Below, one piece after another: positions 55,040 through 64,000 of a stretch of 64,000 nt of DNA (its first letter is position 1; each line of letters opens with the position of its first letter). The notes beneath the pieces are model-generated. The model did not search any database and was not told the origin of the DNA. It saw only the letters and a list, made by a program, of their open reading frames with translations. Location of the stretch: positions 18,338,631 to 18,402,630 of the forward strand of contig CM119265.1 in NCBI GenBank assembly GCA_051294375.1, written 5' to 3'. This DNA is from Paraspadella gotoi (taxonomy: Eukaryota; Animalia; Chaetognatha). The position numbers and the translations under genes are program-made.

Positions 55040-57431
55040 TGTTTCTTCGTTCGTTTCCTTGGTTTGGTTTTCGAGTGTTCGTTTTTGTTCGCTCGTTTTT
55101 TTCTCACTCGCAATCGGCGACTTTTTTTTTTTTACTTTCTCTTCTTTTTATTTTGTTTATTTATTTTTCGTTTTTAAGGTTCTCGAAGTTTGTTTTTTTG
55201 TTTGGATTTTTTTTTTTTTCCAGTAGCTTTTCAAAAAAATCGCGGCGCAAAGTTTCGCGGTCGAAAAATCTTTTTGGCCGAGATCGCGGTTTTTTTGTTT
55301 TGTTTTTGTTTAACCCTTTTTTTTCCCGGATGATTTAAGTCGACAGGCGGCGACGACGACGTAGACCGCCTCGTCTCCCGCGCGAAAAAAGGCCTCTGTG
55401 CATCAGACGATCCTCGTCGAGGAAAAAAAAAACTTTCTTTTTTTTTCCGAAAATAAAATAAAAATAATTTCGTCAGCTCCAGGGAGTATGATTTATTCCT
55501 ATTTTTTTATTGTTCGCACTTTTTTATTCTTCTTTTTTTTTTTTTGCGTAAAACTATTTTTATATATTTTTTTTTTATTTTCCCTCGCTCGTTCTCGTTT
55601 CTCTAAAAAAAACATATTTAATAATCCTCTCGAATTTCGACTTTTTTATTATTATCGTCGTGTTTGTTTACGTTTTCATTCCGTCGATTTGTTTTGATTT
55701 TTTTTTTTCACTGCTTTAACACTCTTTATGTGTTCATTTGGTCCTTCTCTCTTCGTCGTCTTTTTTTAACGCGATCTCTCAGCGGGCCCACGACCCTTGA
55801 CCCTTTGAGGAGGCGAGGCGGTGGGAGGAGGAAGAGCGGGATGAGGAGAGGAAGAGGATGAGAGGAAGAGAAGATGAACTCGCCAAAACGATTCTATTGT
55901 CCCTATTTTTAGGTCCAAACCAACTGAAAGTTCGAGTTACTCCCTGATGTGCTGTGCGCTATAAGAGAGAGTTAGGATATAGCGAGGGTATGTAGTAGAC
56001 GACGTGTGAGATAGAGCTGAGAGAGAGAGAGGAGAGAGTTTACTACGGAAAGGGAGGAGGGCGAGGGTAGTGGAGTAGGAGCAGGATGAGGAGGAAGGAA
56101 GGAGCAGGTGAGGCGTGGAGTGAATGTTTCTGTTGCGCTTATCGTCGCTTTTGTTTATTGTCGCCTCCGATGTTGTTATTGAGTTTTTTCATTCCACTCG
56201 TCGTCGTCGTCGTTTTTCGGCGGAATTTGTTGTTGTTGTTGTTGTTGTCTTCCGTTGTTTGTCTTCAATCGATTCGCTCCTTTGGTTCACATGACGACGG
56301 CAAGAGGTAACAAAGTTTGTTTTTTCTTTTCTCGTTCACTCTGGCATAATAAAAAGGTAAGTTTAAGTGGGGAAACGTAAATTACTGATGGAAAACGCGT
56401 TTTCAATTTCGCTTCTCGAAGGAAAAAAAAAACAAAATATTATAAAAAAGTATAGAAAAAAAATATTCAAAAAAAAAAACGAGTAAAAAGAAACAAAATA
56501 CCTGACCATCATCAAGATCATAAACGCTTCTCCAAAAAAAAAATCAAACTTGTAGCACCTTTCAGTATTTATCATATCCTTTCCTACTTCATTCCCGAAT
56601 CTGGTTAATCGACAGTGAGAGAACATATAAGACGAAAGAAGTTTTGAGTTTCTGGACCCGACAACTAATGGAACTCGATACGTCCCGGGTTCGAGGTCTT
56701 GGCCGAGAGAGAGAGAGAGAGAGAGAAGAGAGAGAGGAGAGAGAGAGAGAGAGAAGAGAGCCGGTCCGCGAGTGGGCCGGCGATTTATGCTAAATGTGAA
56801 CTTAGTGGGTTCCAATTTCTTTGGGTGAAAGATCTGGGCCAGTGCACGTTGTTGAATCGTGGGAATTCGAAAAGAACGAGACTTTCGATGGGGGCAGATG
56901 AAGGAAAAGGTGGAAAGTCAAGCGTGTTTGGTTTACGTGCCTCGCGATCCCCTGATAGGTCTTGACTTTTTGAATCTCAAGATAAAAATGTGGTCGCATT
57001 CTCAACGGAGGTTCTATTATAAGAATAATTTAAAGATTAACTGTTGTACTTATTCTGCCTTAACCAATTGATATTTCTGTTAACAAATTACATCAGCCTC
57101 GTACCCGGGACGAACTGGGATCCATGAAAAGAAAATTAACTTAATCTCAATCTTAATCAGAACTTAAACTAAAAAAGAGAATCTAATCATCAGTCGCCAA
57201 AGACGTACAGAGAATAGAAAGGAAAAGAAGAAGAAAATATTTGAAGAAAAGAGTGAACAGCAGGAAAAGAAAGCATCAATCACCATTTCTACCAGAATAC
57301 GTTAAATTTCATAAAAAAAAACGAAATTGTGTAATAGAGTCGAGTGAAATATACCAAGGGCACCGTTGATTGGTACAAATGCCAACGGGCCATGGAGTCC
57401 CCAAACGCATGTGCGCCACATTCGTATATCG

Positions 57432-60398
57432 TCTTCAAGAACGACCCAACATCACGACAGAGTACGGCGACGACCGCGTTTGATTATCCAAGATTGGTAA
57501 ACAGGAGAATCTTCGACTCTTAAAAAAGTAAACATTGGCGCAAAGGCAAATCATCGACTTATTCGAATATCGTGACCTCGGTTGACTGGATGATTTTGGC
57601 TGTTTTTTAGTTTGCGCCGAGAGTACTCGCGGAGGCAAACACTATAAGTTACTTTTCGCGATCGTGTCCCGTCGGTCGTCGCTGTCCACATTTAACGTTT
57701 ATTCCAGAAAGGACCCGAAGATTTGCCTATAGTTAGATTGCTCACTTTGTTAAGACAGAAAAAACCTCAAATCCAAAGGGACTAGCTAGCCCCGCCCAGT
57801 AACCTCTCAACAGTAAGGAGAGATCGAGGATTTTCAGCTCTTCCTCATTTGACTCCCTTCTCTCTTCCAATCTTCTTGAAGGCCTCCTCCCTCCAAGCGC
57901 ACCATTTCTATCGGCATCGTGTCAAAAATAACACGCGCCGCTAATATATCGCATTTTTTATCATTGTTATGTCTATGTCATGTCATGTCATCATATCACT
58001 TCCTCAGCAATACTGTTAAAAGGAAAAGAGTACTGGGCGCAACACATTGGGGAATCACCGTCTTGTTTTGTTTTTGACTCTTAAGGGAGCGAAGGAGTGG
58101 TGCGATTTTGTGGAGTTCAGCATGCCTTTTTGACTATAAGAAAACTTGGGTCGCGAGTGCAATCGGGCGATGTTTCTACGACACTGCCGACAAGAATAAA
58201 GAGAAATCGTACATTGAAAATGAGAATCGTAACAATGTTTCCCAATGTTAAATAAATAGAAGAGTGTCAAAGAGAAATGCCGAGCTGACTTGTAAAATCG
58301 ATACGGGGGTAGAAAGAAGAATGATGGAGTGGACCGGCAATCGGGCCTCAGCCAGACACGGGCCGTCACGGCGGATTAACCCACCCGCCTCCGCGCAAAA
58401 GATTAGTCGATTACGTTTTTTTTTTCTTGAAGTCTCTTCAACATCGAAACAAATCGACTCCATAAAACGGATTCTCTCTTACTCTCGCTCTCTTCTTTCT
58501 TTCTCTTTGCCTACCAATGCAAACAGACTTGCATTTGCACAAATTAGCGAACGTTCCGCCGAATCTTTTATCCCTACGGCCAGTCTAAGCAAGCAAAACG
58601 TTTGAAATTCGGATATTCCAAACGGTCCATGGGCTGATGCTATCCCCGAGACAGTTCACTCTTAAATTTTATATAAGATACCCACGTTTAATAAGCTAAA
58701 GCCAATGTGTTCAAGCTTGTTAGAAAATGTAGTAGTTAAGGTTTGAGGGTCCTGTACATATGTATTATGTTTGTAAGGGAGTGGAGGCCTTTAACGGCAA
58801 TAAACGAAGTTCCAAAAGTCATCTTCTTGAAATAATAGATATTCTTGCAAAAGTCAGCATATTCAAAACTAAGTACAAACTTACAAACTTAACAACGTTA
58901 AACATTTCTCACACGATTTCCGTGCCACTCGAGGGCGCAAATACCCCAAAGTGCCAAACCGCGAGCACTTTGGGCAAAGACCGGCGCTCGCCCCTCAAAC
59001 TGGGTCCTTCGACCCCGAGGGCGAATTCCGACGATTACGCCCCTTCCTCTTCTCCCCCCCTACCCCCCCCCCGTCTTGCAAGACCGAATGACCCCAGGGG
59101 TGAGTCTCTTATTTAGATTGGGTCCGACAAGCGATGATGTGGTGGGATCGATGGAGGGAAGGCTGGGGACTGTTGAGGGTGGACAAAGGGTCCTGCAGGG
59201 GGCAGTGGTGGGCAAGGGTGTACGGTGGAAGGGGAGAGAAATGCCAGAACGAAAAAAAAAGGAGCAGCGCTTTCACTCTCTCGCCTTTCGTGTCCTCATA
59301 AACTCGTTTTCGCTCATTTGCATATCTAAGACTGGGAGAATTTATTCTTCTTTATTTTTTTTGCGTGGGCGTGGGACAGAGTTAGGAGGGAGATGAGATT
59401 GGTGGGTGTGGCGAGAGGTGGTCACCAGGCCACAGTTCGAGCTCTTTAAGTCCCTCGTAGATAAGAAACAAGTAGTTGGAGAAATTTTCGATTCGGTTGG
59501 GGATAATTTTCCTTTTTTTTAAATTCTTTTCAAAGGATTTTATTGTCGGAGATGTTTTGAAGCGAATTAAAATCAATTAAAAACTTCTCTTTCTTGTTTA
59601 TGTTGCACGTATTTTTTGCTTCATGTACGTTTATGGGTTTTCGGTTTTTTTTTAAAAAAAGAAACTTCAATAAAGTGACGTATATTTATTATTTAAATGT
59701 ACAACAAAAAAAAAGAGATAGAGCGAGATTTAAATTTAGTCACTTTTTTTAGATTCTTTCTTCAATAATTGGACCCGTTTTTCTTTTTTTTTCTTTTTTT
59801 TTGTCTCTTGTAAATCAAACTCTCGCCTATAATTTGTCATGGAGGCATCGAGGCAGAAATTGACACCGAAAAAAAAAATGAACAATGAACAGATTTGACA
59901 AAACGAGAGAACAAGAAAAAAGTGCGAAGAGGATGATGACGACGAAAATGAAAAGAGAAAAGAAAATTGAGAAAACCGCAGAGAGATTTTCTTTTTTTGA
60001 CGAGACGCAGGCGAAGAAATCGAAACACGTCTCTATCTCTGTCTTTCTTTTTCTGTGATTTAAGATCAATTTGAGTCGTTGCGGCTTGGGTTTTTCGTTA
60101 TTTCGTTCGGAAACGAGGCTTGGGAAAATCAAAAAAATTGAGTTTTTTGGGCACCGGACAGTCAACAATTGTTTTTAAATGTTCTGCTTTCCGATGGAAA
60201 ATCGCGCTTTTATGACCTATTACACTTCCTTTGACATCAAGAAATAAAAAGTGAGAATAAAAATCGAAATGGCCGATAAACTGGATTATTTAAGAAAGGA
60301 AATTCGGTGAACGAAGTTTAAAAAGTAAAAACTTAACCATCATTGAAATCCGATTATTGTTAAACTATATAAATAGTCGAGGGATTAATGACTTAAAA

Positions 60399-60459
<61 letters not shown>

Positions 60460-60917
60460 ATTGAACAAAGTCCTCTTGTCAGAACCCAGGTTCGGGAAAT
60501 CGATTTGACGAAGAATTCATCGAAGCGAAAAGAAGCGTAAAACGATTCGGAAAGAAGCATAAAGGAGCAAAAAAAAAGCAGAAAGATGTTAGGGGACGAA
60601 AACAGAAATTACAATAAAAATATTTCAAATATTTCAAAGAACCCAAACGCCCCAAAAAAATGAAAAGAGGCAAAACTAAAATAATCAGAAAGGAGAAAAG
60701 AAAGCAATGATCCAAGAAAAGCTCAAAAATCCTAAATTCTCATTCAAAAATACAACCGCAAAAAAAGCACCCCCTCCCCACGAAAAAAAAGCATGAAAAA
60801 GCGGAAAGAGAAAAAGTAAGCGAGAGAATCTGACTCGACCGACGAGACTCAGCGGCTACGGAGACTTTTTTAAGCGACGAATCGAAGTCGCGAGAAACGA
60901 AATTGAATTTCATGAAC
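57432..60917 (-). repeat. Reverse-complement duplicate of 44411-47979
   Basis: 57432 TCTTCAAGAACGACCCAACATCAC corresponds to the reverse complement of about 47957-47979; 60901-60917 AATTGAATTTCATGAAC is the reverse complement of 44411-44427. Confidence 0.9.
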
Positions 60918-61872
60918 TAAGGGAAAAAAATTTGTATTCTTTTTTTTCTCTTTTTTACTTTCTTTTTATTTAGTGTCTTTTATTCGCGAGACGCTACGCA
61001 GCTGAAACGATGTCTTCTCGGTCGTCTTTCTTTCTTAGAGGTTCACCTTTTCTCACTTTTTTTTTCTTTTTAAAAATTAGTTTTATAAGTATTTATGCTT
61101 AATATTTAGATAATATTTTTAATTACACTCGTACTAAGCTATTAACTAATTATTTTGTCTTTTTCTAATTATTGTTCTTTAAACTTGTGATTTTGTGATT
61201 TTCTTACTACAAACTATGAAAATTAAAATGAAGATAATTTAATCAAATTCAAGAAAGAAAGAAAGAAAGAAAGAAAGAAANNNNNNNNNNNNNNNNNNNN
61301 NNNNNGTGCGTTGATAAAGAATTAAACTAAGGGAAACAATTAAAAAAAGAGTTAAACAAAAAGAAAAACATTTAAAAAAGGAAAAATTCAATCGGACCTT
61401 AATAAAAAAAAAATAAGGAGAAAGATTTGAAAATGGGATCGACGATTGATGATGATGATTGATATATTGTGATGATATGATTGATTGATTTGATGACATT
61501 TTGATGTGATGATGATGAGTCTTCTCTTTTCTTATTTTTTTATTTTTCATTTCCTTCATTTTTCCCTTTTTTCTCTTTCTATTTGGACTGTTTATTTCAA
61601 TTTTTTTTTTATTTTTTTTTTCAACTTATTTCAAAAAAATTGTTATGTTTAGTTAATAAAATCAATAATACGTTTAAGTTTAACGAAAATAGTCATATTA
61701 AAAAAGCATTGTTGAAGCAAAGAGGAAGACGAATTAAAAAGAAAGAAAAAAGAAAAAAAAAAGGAAAAAAACTTTGCTCGCGTCACGTCATACGAAAAAC
61801 GAGGGGAAAAAAGTAGGAGCTATTATTCACTCCAAGCACTACTCTTCTCTTTCTAGCCGGGCGGGTGCCAAG

Positions 61873-61922
<50 letters not shown>

Positions 61923-64000
61923 CTCTTCTTCTCTCCTCTCTCTCTCCCTACCTCCCCGACCAATCCAGATTTTTTCCTGATGCATATTCAATGAGGACGC
62001 GACAAAGAACGTCCCGCCCGGACGGAGGAACCCTGCCAAGAAAGCAGCCAAACAACAACGATGCGACGAGAGGGAAGAGGGTGAGGAGAGAGGAGGAGAG
62101 GAGACGAGAGGCTGAAGCAAAACTAAGATGGCAGGGTGTCGCGTTAAGGCCCAGACTAATAGGGGGAACCGAGCGCTATTCCCGCAGAAAGAGAAGTCGG
62201 AGAAGATTGAGAGCGAGGAGGAAGGTTGAAAATGAGAGAAAAATGGGAAAAGATGAAAAAAAAATATATTAAATAAAGAGAGAGAGGAGGATGAGGAGAG
62301 GAGAGGGAGAGAGAGAAGATGAGTAGAGAAAGAGGTGAGAGGAGGACAGAAGAAAGAGGAGGAAGGAGTGAGAGAGAGAGAGAGAGCAGAGGACAAACGG
62401 GTTGATAGCGTTTTTGAAGCACAGTTGTTTAATTTCAAATCGCATCCCGAAAATTCGCGCGAGAACGAGGCTCGTAATGCCATTTTACTTCCCAAACTAA
62501 CACTTGTCGAAAAAAGCAAGTTTGAGCTTAATTTTTGAAACGAGGAGCTGGAGACACTCTCTCGGTTTGGGTCTTGAAATGGAGTGGAGAACAATAATGA
62601 GCAAATGGAATTGAAACAAAAAAAGAAAAAGGCCCAATTCATTTTTTTACTTTAAAAAACTAAAAGTTAAGTTCTTTAAATGCTCTTTTAAAGTTTTAAA
62701 AGAAAGTTAAGAAGTGACGTTTAATAGCTCAAAAGTTATTACCTGTAAGAACAGTATTTAAGTAAACTGTCCTGATTTTATAATTTAAAATAAAAAAATA
62801 AAAAAAATTAAAAATAGAGAGTTAAGAACATGTTAAAAAAATCTCTCTTGCTCTCCTCCTTCTCTCTCTCTCCCTCTCTTCTCTCTGACCTCAAAATTAT
62901 GTCTTGTCCTAAAAATTATAAAAACCATTGGGCGTCGTTGATGAGAGAGAGAGAGACTGGAGAGAGAGTGATAGTAGCGGAGAGAAGAGAGAGAGAAGAG
63001 AGAAGAGAGAGGAGAGAGAGATGGAGAGAGGAGCGAGCCTTGCTTCCCTGGCCCAGAATATAGGATTATTCTGGTGGTGTGACGGAACTAAGAAGAGAAC
63101 ACCCCCTAAACCTTTACGGCCCCGCCAAATCATCTAGTCGATGGAACCCTGGCAACTGAAGAACCCCCCCCCCCCCCGCCATAGGAGTGTGGGAGGAAGA
63201 AAGGGAGACAAGGGGACGAAAGAACGGCGGACCGAGGAAGAAGGGCAGGACAAAGTGAGGAAAGGGGAGGACAAGGAGGGAGAAGAAGGAAGGAGGAGGA
63301 AAGGAAGGAAATGGGAGGGAAAGAAGGAGGAGAAAGGGAGGAAGACGAGAGGGGGGAAGAAGGAAGAGAAGAGGAGGAAAGAGAGGAAAGGGAGAGAACA
63401 AGGAAGCGAAAGGAGGAAAGGGGAGGAAGGGCGGGCGCGGGAAAAAAAAAGACAGAGAGAATACGGAGAAAAGGAGGAAGGGCGGAGATAGAAATAGGAA
63501 AGGGAGAGGGCAAAGGCTAAGGGGAGAAGAGAAGGAGGGAGAAAAGGAAAGAAGAAGAAGGTGCCGGCGAAAGCGGAAAAGAAGTGAGTGAGAGGAGAGA
63601 AAGAGAGATAATCACGGGGAATGGGAAAAGGGACGAGTAGTAGAGGAAGAGTAGAAGAAAGGTAGAAGTAGAGAAGGCACCACGGGAGGGTAGTAGACGG
63701 TAGAAGAAGAGCCCGCCGAGGAGGAGGAGGAAAAAGGGAGAAGACGGTCTTGCCAGCGACGTGATGGACTGACGAGTGCCAGGGACGCCCCAAGGGCACG
63801 CCCATGGAAAAAATGCAAGACAATCGCGATTGCCCAAAAGAAGCACAAAGAGAAGGAAAAAAGTTAAGTAAAAAAAGTGGAGGAATGGCACACGACGGTG
63901 TTTAGCAGTGTCTCTCGTCTGTAAGGCATTTGTTCTGGCGCGGACCGAGTTAACATTTAGACCGCAACAAGGCGGGAAAATTGTAAAGGCCTACCAATCG

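Larger units (their letters stand above)
48956..57431 (+). repeat. Indel-rich direct duplicate of about 36270-44405 (probable assembly artefact)
   Basis: Collinear over about 8 kb including introns and microsatellites; starts after the 25-N gap 48931-48955. Confidence 0.9.

Noticed and set aside
61839-63891. Several long overlapping ORFs (up to 267 aa)
   Set aside because: Produced by purine/pyrimidine-skewed, partly noisy sequence; open in several frames with no recognisable motif.

Overview
Eukaryotic (invertebrate-like, AT-rich, GA/CT-microsatellite-rich) genomic scaffold. The main feature is the 5' part of a slit axon-guidance gene on the minus strand. I reconstructed nine coding exons by hand (42152 down to 158), all GT-AG with matching phases: 1197 nt = 399 aa covering the signal peptide, all of LRR domain D1, a long linker and the start of D2. 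The gene continues beyond the left edge. Intron 5 holds a 916-bp internally deleted hAT transposon (14-bp TIRs, 8-bp TSD, transposase C-terminus), a Helentron/DINE-1-like element and two related minisatellites in opposite orientation. About a third of the window is redundant: indel-riddled duplicates (7976-15318, 19039-21692, 48956-60917, including broken copies of slit exons 1, 2 and 7) each start after a gap of exactly 25 N, most likely long-read gap-filling artefacts. Almost all ORFs in the supplied track are microsatellite translations. I found no prokaryotic-type system, and I cannot identify the species. The best leads for novelty are the extra linker exon in Slit, the uniform AG|GT exon ends, the inverted minisatellite pair and a possible antisense small ORF.
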